From the NCBI GenBank assembly GCA_003427395.1, contig BFEA01000039.1, positions 2,988,602 through 3,052,601 on the forward strand: a stretch of 64,000 nt of DNA, in the 5' to 3' direction. Positions 52,089 to 64,000 of this stretch are shown piece by piece (position 1 is the first letter of the stretch; every line of letters starts with the position of its first letter). Under the pieces are notes generated by a model. It was not told where the DNA came from. It did no database searches and worked only from the letters and a program-made list of their open reading frames with translations. This stretch comes from Chara braunii (taxonomy: Eukaryota; Plantae; Charophyceae). The position numbers and the translations under genes were made by a program.

Positions 52089-53625
52089 AGCCGTGTGTGT
52101 GTGTCTCACACAAACACAGACACGCAATCCCTGCAATTTTTTTTTTTTTTTTGTTCTTAACTCAAATCATTCATATCGTTCCCAACATGGGATCGAGGGC
52201 GGGGACCTCACAAATATGACCTGGGGTATCTGACCGTAACAGTTAGCTTAGCTTACAGGAACATGCATGCGGAGAGGAACTATTATCCTCTTTCCAAATT
52301 CCAATAGCTTACCTGAGCAGCTTCTGTCCGAGTGTGTGCTTGGTTGATTGATTGATTGCAGAAATGCAAACAACCAACCAATCAATCAACCAATCAAGTG
52401 TGTGCGTGTGTGCATATGCGTGTGTGTGCGTGTGTGCATATGCGTGGATCAATCAATCAATCAACCAACCAACCAATCAACCAATCATGTGTGTGCATGT
52501 ACATGGATTGAATGCATGCGCACACAATGAACGTGGGCAACCTCGGGCAAAGGTGCTTCTTGACCCTTGACAGTTTTGGGAACACTTTTCGATGTGTGGC
52601 TGTGTGTGTCTGTGACTTTGTCTGTGTGTGCTTGCGTGTGTCTATGCCAATGTACGCGTGTGTCTGTGTGTGTGTTTGTGTATGTGTGTCTGTGTGTGTC
52701 TAACTGCATGCGTCTGTCTGTGTGCAAACACGACTGGCACAGGCGATAGTGATTAAATTTGAATGTCTGTGTGTGTGCGTCCGTGTCTGTGTGCGCGTGG
52801 TTGTTTGTGTCTGTGTGTGTGCCTGTGTGTGTGTGTGGCAGGCATGTGGAGAAAGAGAGAGAGAAAGTGTGTGTGTATGTGTCCGTGTGTGTGACATGTG
52901 GATTATGTTTTTGTGTGTGTGCGACAAGTGGATTGTGTGTGTGTGCGGTTAAAGAGTTTAGAGGGAGAAGGGATGGCGTGCACCCATCCACCAACCAATC
53001 AATGTATTGGTTGATTGACATCTAACCAATCAATCAATCAATCAGTCACACATGTATGTTGTCGATGTGCGTGGACAACAAACATTTCGAATGTATGGGG
53101 GTCACAACACTCCACATAGATCTTTACTCTCTCTTTCCCCCGCTCTCATTCTTTCTCTCTCTCTTTCAGTTTAATTATGAACTTGCGTTCTGACTAAGAA
53201 TTCAAGATGTCCGTGAGATAAAAGTTGTTTGTGCAAAGATTATTTACAAGGATTCAACTATTTCCAAGATTTAAGAGACTCTCCAAACCAATTTTGACGT
53301 TATAGTCCTATATGTCAGAATTCACTAGGACCGTTTGNTGGANTGATTGGTTGAAAGAATGATTGATTGATTGGCATGCAATCAATCAATCAATCAACCA
53401 ATCAACCAATCATGTGCGTCCGTATGTCCATTAGCAACCAATTTTGAAGTTCTAGGCCTTTATGCCAGAATTCACTAGGACCGTTTGATGGACTGTTTGG
53501 TTAATCTCTTAATTGATTGATTGACAATCAATCAATCAATCAATCAACCAATGATGTGTATTCGTATGTGCATTAGCGTGTCTATGCGTGTGTGCATGTG
53601 CGTGGATTGAATGCATGTGAGTCAA

Positions 53626-53680
<55 letters not shown>

Positions 53681-56600
53681 GCTGTGTGTGTGTGTCTTAC
53701 ACAAACACAGACACGCACTTTTTGTTGTTTTTTTGAAACTCAAAGCATTCAAATCGTTCCCAACAGAAGATCGAGGGCGGGGACCTCGCAATTCAACCCG
53801 GGTTATCTGACAGTATCAACCAGCTTAGCTTACAGCCACAGGCCTGCGGAGAAGAACTCTTATCCTCTTTCTAAATTTCAATAGCTTACCTGAGCAGCTT
53901 ATGTCCAAGTGTGTGCTTGGTTGGTTGATTGATTGCAGGCATGCAACCGACCAACCAATCAATCAACCAATCAAGTGTGTGCGTGTGGGTATATGAGTGT
54001 GTGTACGTGTGTGCAAATGCGTGGATCAATCAATCAATCAACCAACCAACCAATCAACCAATCATGTGTGTGCATGTGCATGGATTGAATGCATGCGCAC
54101 ACAATGAACGTAGGCAACCTCGGACAAAGGTGCTTCTTGGCCCTTAACAGTTTTGGGAACACTTTTCGATGTGTGGTTGTGTGTGTCTGTGACTTTGTTT
54201 GTATGTGCTTGCGTGTGTCTATGCCAATGTACGTGAGTGTCTGTGTGTGTGTCTAACTGCATATGTTTGTCTGTGTGTAAACACGACTGGCGCAGGCGAA
54301 AGTGATTAAATTCGTTTGTCTGTGTGTGCGTCTGTGTCTGTTTGTGTGTGGGTGTTTGTGTCTGTGTGTGTGTCTGTGTGTGTGTGTGGCAGGCAAGGCA
54401 AAGGTGCATGCAGGCCTTAAACACTTTTGGGACCACTTTCAGGCCTCTGTCTTTATGTGTTTGTCTGTTTGTCTGTGTGTCTGTGTTTGTGTGTGTGGCT
54501 GTCTGTGTGTGCGCGGTTGTGTGTGTCTGTCTGTGTGTATGTGTACCTGTGTGTGTGTGTGTGTGTGTGTGTCTGTGTCTGTGTGTATCTGTGTGTGTGT
54601 GTGTGTGTGTGTGTTTCTGTGTGCGTGTGTGTGTGTATGTGTGTGTGTGTGTATCTGTGTATGTGTGTGCATCTGTGTGCGTGTGTGTGTATACCTGTGT
54701 GTGGTTGTGTGCGTCTGTGCCTGTGTGTTTGGTTGTGTGTGTGTGGTTGTGTCTGTCTGTGTGTGTTTAACTGTATCCTTCTGTGCGTGTGTCTGTGTGT
54801 AAACTCGACTGGCACAGACGAAAGTGATTATAGGCCTATAACAGTTATGGGGAATGTTTGTGTGTGTGTGCTTGTGTTAGTCTGTGCCAATGTACACACT
54901 CAAAGACACACACACGGAAATAGACACAAACACACAAAAATACATGCTCATGAAAACACGGGCACGGGCTGAGTCTGTGTTCGTGTGTGGTACACAAAAA
55001 ACATACAAACACGGACACAGACTGTGTCAGTGTGTCCGTATGTGTCTGTGTGCGTGTGGCAGGCAAGGCAAAGGTGCATGCAGGCCTTAAACACTTTTGG
55101 GACCACTTTCAGACCTCTGTCTTTATGTGTTTGTCTCTGTGTCTGTGTTTGTGTGTGTGGCTGTCTGTGTGTGCGCGGTTGTGTGTGTTTGTCTGTGTGT
55201 ATGTGTACTTGTGTGTGCTTGTGTGTGTGTGTGTGTGTGTGTCTGTGTCTGTGTGTATCTGTGTGTGTGTGTGTGTGTGTGTGTTTCTGTGTTCGTGTGT
55301 GTGTGTGTGTATCTATGTGTGTGTGTATCTGTGTGCGTGCGTGTGTGTGTGTGTATCTGTGTGTGGTTGTGTGCATCTGTGCCTGTGTGTTTGGTTGTGT
55401 GTGTGTGGTTGTGTCTGTCTGTGTGTGTCTAACTGTGTCCTTCTGTGCGTGTGTCTGTGTGTAAACTTGACTGGCACAGACGAAAGTGATTATAGGCCTA
55501 TAACAGTTATGGGGAATGTTACTTTGTGTGTGTGTGCTTGTGTTGTTAGTCTGTGCCAGTGTACACACTCAAAGACACACACACGGAAATAGACGCAAAC
55601 ACACAGAAACACATGCTCATGAAAACACGGGCACGGGTTGAGTCTGTGTTCGTGTGTGGTACACAAAAAACATACAAACACGGACACGGACTGTGTCAGT
55701 GTGACCGTATGTGTCTGTGTGCGTGTGTCGTTGAATGCGTCTGTGTGTGTATGTGTCTGTGTTCGTGTCCGTGTGCGTGTCTGTGTGCGTGTGTCGTTGT
55801 GTGTGTTTGTATCCGTGTGTCTGTGTGTGTCTAACTGTGTCCTTGTGTGCGTGTGTCTGTGTACGAACACGACTGGCGCAGGCGGAAGTGATCAAAGGCC
55901 TCTAATAGTTCTGGGGAAATTTTTTGACACTTGAAGCCAGTGTCTTTATGTCTGTGTGTTTGTGTGTGTCTGTGTGTGTCTGTGTGCCTGCGTTCTTGTG
56001 TGTGTGTCTCTCTGTTTGTGTGTGTGTCTGTGTCTGCGTGTCTGTGTTTGCGTACTTGAGGCTGGTGGATCTAACCAATCAATCAATCAACCAATCAACC
56101 AATCATGTGTGTGTTTCTGCACATCCGTGTGCGTGCGTGTGTGCATGTGGTGAGTTTTTTTTTTCCTTCTTTTTTCCCTTTCTTTCTAAGGGCGAAGACC
56201 TCAAACACAGACCACAAACACTTGTCGTTAGCTCATCGTCCGTAACACAAAGACCCTAACACAAAGACCGAGACATGCCAGTAGTTGTGCCGCCCTTTCT
56301 CATCGTCCCCCACCCTTCACCGAGAAGCAGCAGAGGCTTTGGCCAAGACTCTCCCACACACCATACATAACCCACTCCCGCTCACACTCACACCCGTGTT
56401 GGTCATAGACCCCGCTAATCACAATCCGTTGGCCATGTTCAGCAACTAGGTTAAAACCAAGATCTTCGGAAACTAATTTTCAGGACTGAACATCAATTTT
56501 GAGTTCACAAAAATACCCTTAGCAAAAAGAATATGTTATTTTAAGTAAGAATACAATCAACTTGTGACAGGGAGGTACGCCGGTTCAGTAGAAAACAATA

Positions 56601-57060
56601 TGTTCGCTCAGGTTTGAGAGAATATGTCCTGGAACATGTTTGAGCGTTCGGAAAACCCCCGAATACGTTTATCTGTGTCTATGTGCGCGTGGTTGTTCGT
56701 GTCTATGTGTGTGCCTGTGTGTGAGTGTGGCAGGCAAGGCAAACGTGTTTTGGGACCACTTTCAGGTCTCTGTCTGTATATGTTTTTGTGTGACTGTGTT
56801 TGTGTGTGTGGCTGTCTGTGTGTGCGCAGTTGTGTGTGTGTATCTGTGTGTATGTATACCTGTGTGTGCGTGTGTCTGTCTGTTCTTGTGTGTGTGGTTT
56901 TGTGCGTCTGTGCCTGTGTGTGTGTGGTTGTGTGTATTTGGTTGTGTGTATGTGGTTGTGTCTGTCTGTGTGTGTCTCACTTTGTCCTTGTGTGTGTGTG
57001 TTTGTCTGTTAACTCGACTGACACAGACGGAAGTGATTAAAGACCTTTAGTGATTATAGG
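49727..57060. repeat. Compound (TCAA)n/(TG)n/(CT)n satellite with higher-order ~1.6-kb and ~670-bp duplications
   Basis: 'aagaattcaagatg' near 51585 and 53196; 'ggcaggcaaggcaaaggtgcatgcagg' near 54388 and 55058. Contains gap 50996-51075. Confidence 0.9.
49938..49975. other. Nextera mate-pair junction adapter (library artefact)
   Basis: Exact CTGTCTCTTATACACATCT + AGATGTGTATAAGAGACAG (inverted Tn5 mosaic ends). Confidence 0.98.
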
Positions 57061-57095
57061 CCTATAACACTGTTTTGTTAGCCCGAGACACCTTT

Positions 57096-57097
<2 letters not shown>

Positions 57098-57160
<63 letters not shown>
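57098..57160. repeat. (GA)n microsatellite
   Basis: Direct reading. Confidence 0.95.
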
Positions 57161-57164
<4 letters not shown>

Positions 57165-57934
57165 TCGCCCACCCAAAGGTAAGTGAACAAGAACTCACGA
57201 ACGAAAATGAGAGGGTTATGAGAAACAACCTTTAGAATAAAAAATAGAGGGTTATCAAAATTAACCTTTAGAAAAAGAGAAAAGTCTGACAGAAGAACTA
57301 AACCAAATCCGACAAAAGAAGTAAACCAGAGATGGTCCACTAAGTCACTCCACGTGTAAACTAAAGTACCACAATGCACCGAAAACTACCACACCTATGG
57401 CGAGTGCCCCTGGGTGGACCTCCCCAGGCCTCGTTCACAGTAATGATGACACTCTCAAAATTGTCAACGAAACGCATGGTTCCCAGTACAACGGAACACA
57501 TGGTTCCCAGTAATGATGACACTCTCAAAATTGTCGACCTATTGCGGTCTGATCCACGAACCGAGTGCGCCTGGTTCCCACTTCCACGACCTAAAAGGGA
57601 AAGAGCTAGCCCAGTCTACGCAATGACAATTCTGCAAAAAAATGAAGCCATGTGCCCTCGTTCCTCTAAATGGCTACAATACACAACGGAACACATGGTT
57701 CCCACTTCCACCACCTAAAAAACAGAAAGCTAGCCTACTCTACACAATAACAATTCTGCGGAAAACGACCATGTGCCAAACCACATAGCTCCAACCACGA
57801 AGGGACAACGATCAATCTTGGGAGAGGCATCCAGGCAAAGCAACACACATTCCGACAACGCAGGGGCGACGATCAATCCCAGGAGGGATGCGGACAAAGC
57901 AGCACACACCAGGGGAGTCTCGTATACGAATACG

Positions 57935-58228
57935 GCTTGGTTTCTCTTCTCGCACCAATTGCGAGAGGCGCAATCCTTGCTACATGGACCATTGTCGATC
58001 CTGCTTCGGCTCTTTGACCGGAACGCACCAAGCAAATCATTATTCGACATCAACGAATGGCAACTCCAAGACCACAAACCACAGGAATCCACACAGGAGA
58101 CTCGTGAACGAATAAAGCTTGGTTTCTCCTCTCGCACCAATTGCGAGAGGCGCAATCCTTGCTACATGGATCGTTGTCGATCCTGCTTCGGCTCTTTGAC
58201 CGGAATGTACCAAGCAAATCATTATTCG
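57935..58228. repeat. Direct duplication (about 110 bp, offset about 182)
   Basis: 'gcttggtttctc.tctcgcaccaattgcgagaggcgcaatcc' near 57935 and 58117. Confidence 0.85.
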
Positions 58229-58369
58229 TCGCAAAAAAAGGGCAGTTTCTGGACCTTTTGTCATTGTCTCGGGCGATCCGTGGTTTGAGGTTACTCATGG
58301 TGAAAAGAACAAGCGGAAGGAGAAGAAGCGACCGAGACGGGATAGTCGGCAGAACACCAACGCGACTTG

Positions 58370-58540
58370 AGGCCACACATGCAATATAGGCCTATATGTA
58401 AAGCGCGTATCCACACATGCAATGTAGGCCTAAATTGCATGTGTGGTTTGAGGCCACACATGCAATATAGGCCTATATTGAAAGTGCGTGTCCCCACATG
58501 ACATATAGGCCTATATCCAAAGGATACAGTGTGGCCTAAG
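58370..58540. repeat. Cluster of TATAGGCCTATA palindromes downstream of the ParB-MTase gene
   Basis: ATATAGGCCTATAT near 58384, 58465 and 58503, plus variants, at roughly 39-40-bp spacing. Confidence 0.85.
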
Positions 58541-61500
58541 TCACTTCGCAGTCCGTGAGCGAGTATTGGCCTTGAGGCCAATCGCTACCCCACCATGTGG
58601 ACTCGACACCTCTTCACCGCCTGCCTTTCGTTTGCGCCCCTTCCTGCCGCCAGCCGTGGTCCTGCTCGATTCCTGGCTCATGGCGAGGCTCAAGACACTC
58701 TGCTGAGCATTTGCAGCAGCGGGAACAGGCCCGGATGCAGGTTGCGGCTCAGCCTCTGGTCTAGCTTCAGGAATAACGCTGGGCTCAGGCATGGAAGCAG
58801 GCACGGGTCTACCCTCACCGGGAAGAGAATGAAACCGGGCTCAACACCGGTAACAGTTTGCTCCACACCGGACGGGCCGGCAGCAGCCTCGGCAGCGGGC
58901 AAACTCGCACCTGACGGCCCGACAATGACAGCCTCAGCGTTGTCCGCCACTCCAGCAGCAGTGCCTGTGTTTTCATCGGGCACGAGTTCATTTCCGGCAG
59001 ACTTCGTATCCCCAGACAACTTAGAGGTTGGGCTGCCTTGTGCGACCTTTTTTTTCCGCTTAGGCGTTTCGCGCGCAAGTGTGTCGTCGATGTCTATCAG
59101 AAGCCTCGTGGCGATGCCCTTAGCGCATTTGGTGTTTATCTCCACCACAAGGCAATTCCGATTTGCCTTGACGCACGCTATGGCGCCTGTGTTGGAACCG
59201 GAGAAACCATCCAGAACGCAGGCCCCTGCGGGAGAGAATTTGTTCACAAGCCAGGAGTACAAAGTATACGGCTTCTGGTACGGGCAGAGAACACCGCCAC
59301 CAGGGTGCTGGCACTTCTGCGTCACAGCATTGAAGAGCTGGAAATTGTGATGCATATCAAAATTGTAATGCGCCATCTGGCGCTGCCCACTTTCACTGTA
59401 GTAGCCGAGCACGCAGAATTTGGTCGCACTCACAAACTGCGGCCCACCCGGATTCGTCATATTAGGCTTGCACCACGTCAAAAGCTCCTGCCCTGCATTG
59501 CAAACCTCCCGGAACGCGGAACGGATGAAAGGAAGCATGCCCACGGAACAGAATCCCGCAACTGTCCATAACGGGACACTGGAAACGTCCTTCAGATTGT
59601 GAAGAACCTCCACAACGTCCGACTTCAGAAACGACTCATTATCAGATGCGTGGCCCTCGTGCGCGTAAGGGAAGTTGAAAATAGCCAGAGATATCGGCAA
59701 CTTTTCTGTTTGCAGCTTCGACAACAAGCGCATGTCGCCATTGATAATTTTCATTTCCGCCGAGTCGTTGTCGTGTGCCACCTCCGTCCACTCGACGAAC
59801 GGTTCCACGAGAGGTTTCGTACGGAACGCGTGAATAGTGTTCTTCGCTTGCAGTCTCCTCTCTTTGTTCTTCCATTCAATGGCCCGTTTAATATGGCCAT
59901 CCAGTGCGGGGATACTCGTCTGACCCCTTCTGATGCCACCAACAAACTTTTCCAAAATCTCTTTCTTTGTGTGGAGAGGATACTCCTTTTCGGCGTCCTT
60001 GAAGTCAGCAGCGCCCACCCCCACTGCGAATGCCTTGCAGACGTAGGTGATTTGCTTGACAAGTTGGAACTTCTTCTCCATCTCCTTGAGCGAGATCCGC
60101 TTCGCAATGACCTCAAGGAGGATAGGGACGGCGTTCTCTGGAGCCATACTACCCATGGCTATCCAGTGTTGCGCTGGCATGTCCTCGGCGACCATGGGGA
60201 CCTTGTTACCCTGCAGTTGCACCCGTGGATAAAGAAGCGCCATGTCTTGTTCCTTCGCAGCCGCCCTATCAAGCCTCTTCCCACGCTGGCTTTTCTTCGC
60301 GCCCTTGGACTCGCTCGTTTCCAGATCCTAGTCCGCTTTCAAGAAACTCCTCGCAGCCGGCTTCAGTTTTTGGCCTTTGACCTCGCCCTTCTGCCACATG
60401 CTCATGATCTTACACATGAGCTCCCAAATCTCTGGGGGTTTGAAAGCACACTGCAGCAACGGGTCTTGGGCGTTCAATTTCTTCGCCGCGTTCGGAATCC
60501 TTGCTTCTTTCAGGCAAGCGAGCTTCACTTCTTGCGACTTGACGCACCCCCTGCTCTCAAAGACTTGGTGCCAGCACCTGAGCTTCTCGATGAAGCTCAA
60601 GTCCCTGTGGTAACCCGCCGCAAGGTTATGCCTGTGGGCAACCTGCCTCGCCTCATCGATTGTGAGGCCAACGTAAACAGAGCACACATTGTACTGGTAC
60701 TCCTCGTTGTCGGGGTTCATGCGTGCTAACCGCTCCCTCGCTTCCTGACTGTGGCGACCACTAAGCACAAAAATGCCGTAGTCGACGGCTCTCAGTTTCG
60801 TCAAGCTCACGTCTTCTTTGTGCCCGGCCTGGGCAGGGTCGACGAGGCCAACGAAGGGAAGATGATCTCCAGTTGGCTGCTTCAACATGGAGTCCATGAT
60901 GGACTTCACATGGTCCTCGTCCGACTCTCTCACCTCCATTGGTCTTTTCCCATTCACCAGGGGTGGCATCTTCAAACATCTCATCGGCTAGTAAAAGGAC
61001 TCGTGTGAAAGTTTCTTCTCCTTCAAACTCTTCAACTCCTCCCAAGTTTTTGTCAAATCTTCTGTGCGCTCGTTCGACACGAAACCTTGGGGTACTTGGA
61101 GTTCCTCTTCCCTTCCCTTCCCTTCCCCTCCCCTTGCCCTTCCGGACGAGGCGGACCCGGTGTGACTGTTTTCTTCTCGCGAATCTTCCCGGGAATCGTC
61201 TTTGTGCCCGATCCCCTTTCCAGACTATCGGAAGACCCGACAATGGTTTGAGGAGAAATCACTCCTTTGGGGCGCTGCGACCTCGCTTTCGAGCCACCCT
61301 TCGTGGCCGTCGTCGTCGTCATCGTCGGAGTTTGTGATTTTTCTGCTTCCTCTGCATACTTTAAAGGAATAAGTTTCTCGTCCAAATTTGCCCGTAAGAA
61401 CTCAGAAAGTCCTTCCACGAATGGCTGCGCAACACATTGGAAGCAGAAGAAAAAACAATGGTCGACCAAGTGTGTAAGAGAAACTTATAGGCCTATAGCA

Positions 61501-62707
61501 CATACTTAGAGCAACACTGCGTACGACAAGTGCAATAGAACAACGCAAATGTGAAAAAACATTACAGGCCTGCAACCTCAAAGAGTCGAACTTCTGGAAA
61601 CGAGGAGGACGCAATCAATGTTATAGGCCTATAACTTCCCAGAAACAAGGAAGANGTAGTGGAAGTTACAGGCCTACAACTGTCGGAAACAACATGGAGG
61701 TTATAGGCCTATAACTTTCGGAAAGGCCATGGAGGTTCAGGCTTGTAACTTCCGCGACGTATCCGGTAGTTATAGGCCTATAACTTCCACGGCGTTACCG
61801 GTAGTTATAGGCCTATAACTTCCACGGCGTATCCGGTAGTTGTATGCCTACAACTCTCGGATACGCCGTGAAAGTTTTAGGCCTATTCCTTCCGGTTACG
61901 CCTTCAAAGAAGCGAAATGAAACTTCCAGCTCTGCAACTTCCTGCGAAGAGAGACATGCAGTGGGAATTAGGGGAGATGAGAACATTTACCATGCAATCA
62001 GTCTTGTTTAATGCCAACAATTTCTTGTTTTGGATGGGCATCTTCATGGGCATTAATTTATCCCCCTTCAACAGACATTTAGTGAGCTTGCCCTTGATAA
62101 CGACCCACAACTCCGCGATGAGATATTTTTCCGTCACGTGCGCTGCAAATAAAATTTCGCCGATCCGTGCATAGACACCGTTGCCGCTGGTCTTGACGTG
62201 AAGATAAGCTAATCCAGCTGTGACGTACACGGCCCAAAAGAAGTACTTGAAGTCGCTGCGAACGGGCCTCGACTCGAGGAACTCTCTCTGCCAGCTGCTG
62301 TCCTCCTCCATTGGATCTTCTTCCTCGTCCTCTTCCTCTTCTTCTTCTTCTTCTTCTTCTTATTCTTCNTCTTCNTCTTCTTCTTCTTCTTCTTCTTCTC
62401 CTTCTTCTTCTTCTTCTTCTTCTTCTTCTTCTTCTACTCCTTCCTCTTCCTCTTCCTCTCCCTCTCCTTCCTCTCCCTCTCCTTCCTCTTCCTCTCCTAC
62501 GCCTTCTCCTGCCACAAACTCTCCTTCTTCTAAAACATATTCATCCTCATCTCCTTCTCCCATTTGGGGAAAATTATTCTGCTCCGATGGCCGCCTTTGC
62601 TGCACAACCCCTTCAGAGCACGCCGGCTGCCCCCGAGAAGATACTGTGCCGGTTCTTCTTGCACTCCTCCCCTTGCTCGCACCCCTCCCGCCTCGGGATG
62701 TCTTCAT
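58541..62707 (-). pseudogene. Spliced gene: acidic N-terminus + ParB/Srx-like domain + beta-class N4C/N6A DNA methyltransferase (about 1200 aa reconstructed; three stops, two frameshifts)
   Basis: Exon 62707-61991; phase-0 intron 61990-61425 (ATG|GTAAAT...GCGCAG|CCA); exon 61424 to about 58541. ParB-like 'RESDEDHVKSIMDSM...PFVGLV...IFVLSGRHSQEA'. MTase 'IINGDM...LAIFNFPY...PYQKP..L..WLV..FS..G..VLDGFSGSNTGAIAC...R..LVVEI'. Stops at 62360, 60988 and 60328; ORFs 60328-60984 and 58690-60243 share a frame. Confidence 0.85.
61480..61890. repeat. Intronic array of the 16-bp palindrome GTTATAGGCCTATAAC
   Basis: Perfect copies at 61620, 61700, 61769 and 61804; variants near 61485, 61562, 61665, 61840 and 61875; about 35-bp period in the last part. 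Confidence 0.9.
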
Positions 62708-62789
62708 CGTCACGAATGGACTGCACGCAAAGAGCCATCCAAAACAAATGTCAACCATGGTAAGACTGGTTACAGGGCCCTAGCACCCC

Positions 62790-63126
62790 TGCTTGTTTTG
62801 CCCGTGTGTCTCCGTGCCCGTGTGTGTCTGTGTGTGTCTGTGTGTGTCTCCCTGTGCCCGTGTGTGTCTGTGTGTGTTGCTCTTCGTGTGTGTGTGTGTC
62901 TGTGTGTGCGTCTGTGCCTGTGTGTGCGTCGTTGTTTGTGTCTGTGTGTGTGCCTCTGTGTGTGTGGCAGGCAAGTCAAAGGTGTTTGTCGGCCATAAGC
63001 ACTTTTGGGACCACTTTCAGGCCTTTGTTTTCATGTGTGTCTGTGAGTCTCTGTTTGTGTGTATGGTTGTCTTTGCGTGTGTGTATGTGTGTCTGTGTGC
63101 CTCTGTGTGTGTGGCAGGCGTGTGTT

Positions 63127-63157
<31 letters not shown>

Positions 63158-63755
63158 CTGTGTGTTCTTGTGTGTCTGGTTGTGTGCGTCTGGGGAAACT
63201 GATTGACAATACAAGCCTGTGTCTTTATGTCTGTGTGTGTCTATGTGCGTCTGGGGTAACTGGTTGACAATACAAGCCTGTGTCTTTAGGCGAGAGCGAT
63301 TTAATGCCTGTGTTGGTTCCGGGGAAACTTTTTGACAATACAAGCCTGTTCTTGTGTTCGTGTGTGTGTCTCTGTGCCTGTGTTCTTGTGTGTGTGTCTA
63401 ACAGTGATTTTAGGCCTTTGATTTTCTTGGGGAAACTTTTCAGCACTTCAAGCCTGTGTTTTTGTGTGTGTGTCTGTGTGTGTCTCTGTTTCTGTGTGTG
63501 TGTGTCTATGTTTGAATGTCTGTGTGCCTGTGTTCTTGTGGGTGTGCCTGTGAGTGTATGTTTGTGCATTTGTATGTGTGTGTGCGTGTGTGTCTGTGTG
63601 TGCATGTACTTGTGTTTGAGTGTGTGTGTGCGTGTGTGTGTGTGCGTGTGTATCTGTGTGTGCGTGTACCTGTGTTTGCGTGTGTGTGTGTGCGTGTCTG
63701 TCTGTGTGTGTCTAACTCTGTCCTTGTGTGCGTGTGTCTGTGTGTGAACTCGACT
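62790..63755. repeat. (TG)n-rich satellite of the same family as 54-57 kb
   Basis: Shares 'ggcaggcaag...cacttttgggaccactttcagg' and 'tctaact.tgtccttgtgtgcgtgtgtctg'. Confidence 0.85.
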
Positions 63756-64000
63756 GTGCCGGACCCGCCGGGATGGCGGTCCGTTAGGATGGAGACGAAG
63801 AAGGAGGTAGAGATGGAGCTGGAGGGGACAGCGCAGCTCCGACGCAGACTCCACACGCAAGTACTCCAAGATCTGCGAAAGTGAAGAAAATGACGAAAAA
63901 ACAGACTGCAGCTGGGGTATACCCCCAGCGGACTGACTGGACTGGACTGGACTGGCCTGGTACCGACCGTGGTACCGGGCGGAACTGGACTGGACTGAAA

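Noticed and set aside
52348-57050. Many Cys/Val- or His/Thr-rich ORFs
   Set aside because: Translations of (TG)n/(CA)n satellite.
59599-60729. 376-aa plus-strand ORF (also 58595-59350 and 34176-34859)
   Set aside because: Antisense shadows of GC-rich minus-strand coding sequence.

Overview
Repeat-dominated eukaryotic nuclear DNA from a draft assembly, with three N-gaps and a leftover Nextera mate-pair junction adapter. The element mix suggests a green-lineage genome, plausibly a charophyte such as Chara, but that is inference only. No intact housekeeping gene is evident. Retroelements: two decayed L1-type LINEs (1-2.9 kb and 39.1-44.0 kb, minus), Gypsy/chromovirus remnants, and a Penelope-like element with an N-terminal GIY-YIG (Chlamys-type; 23.2-37.9 kb, minus). 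That element has a separate ORF1 and a pseudo-LTR, and is split by a 7.3-kb TG...CA insertion with a CAGGC target-site duplication. Non-autonomous DNA transposons: three 105-bp TA-flanked MITEs, a 1.5-kb hAT element, a TTAA-flanked element and a CACTA-like element. Several satellites are also present. Two features stand out. (1) A spliced, lesion-bearing gene at 58.5-62.7 kb (minus) encodes a ParB/Srx-like domain fused to a prokaryote-type beta-class N4C/N6A DNA methyltransferase, and its main exon is bracketed by clusters of the palindrome (GT)TATAGGCCTATA(AC). (2) A complete type III hammerhead ribozyme lies at 47291-47372.
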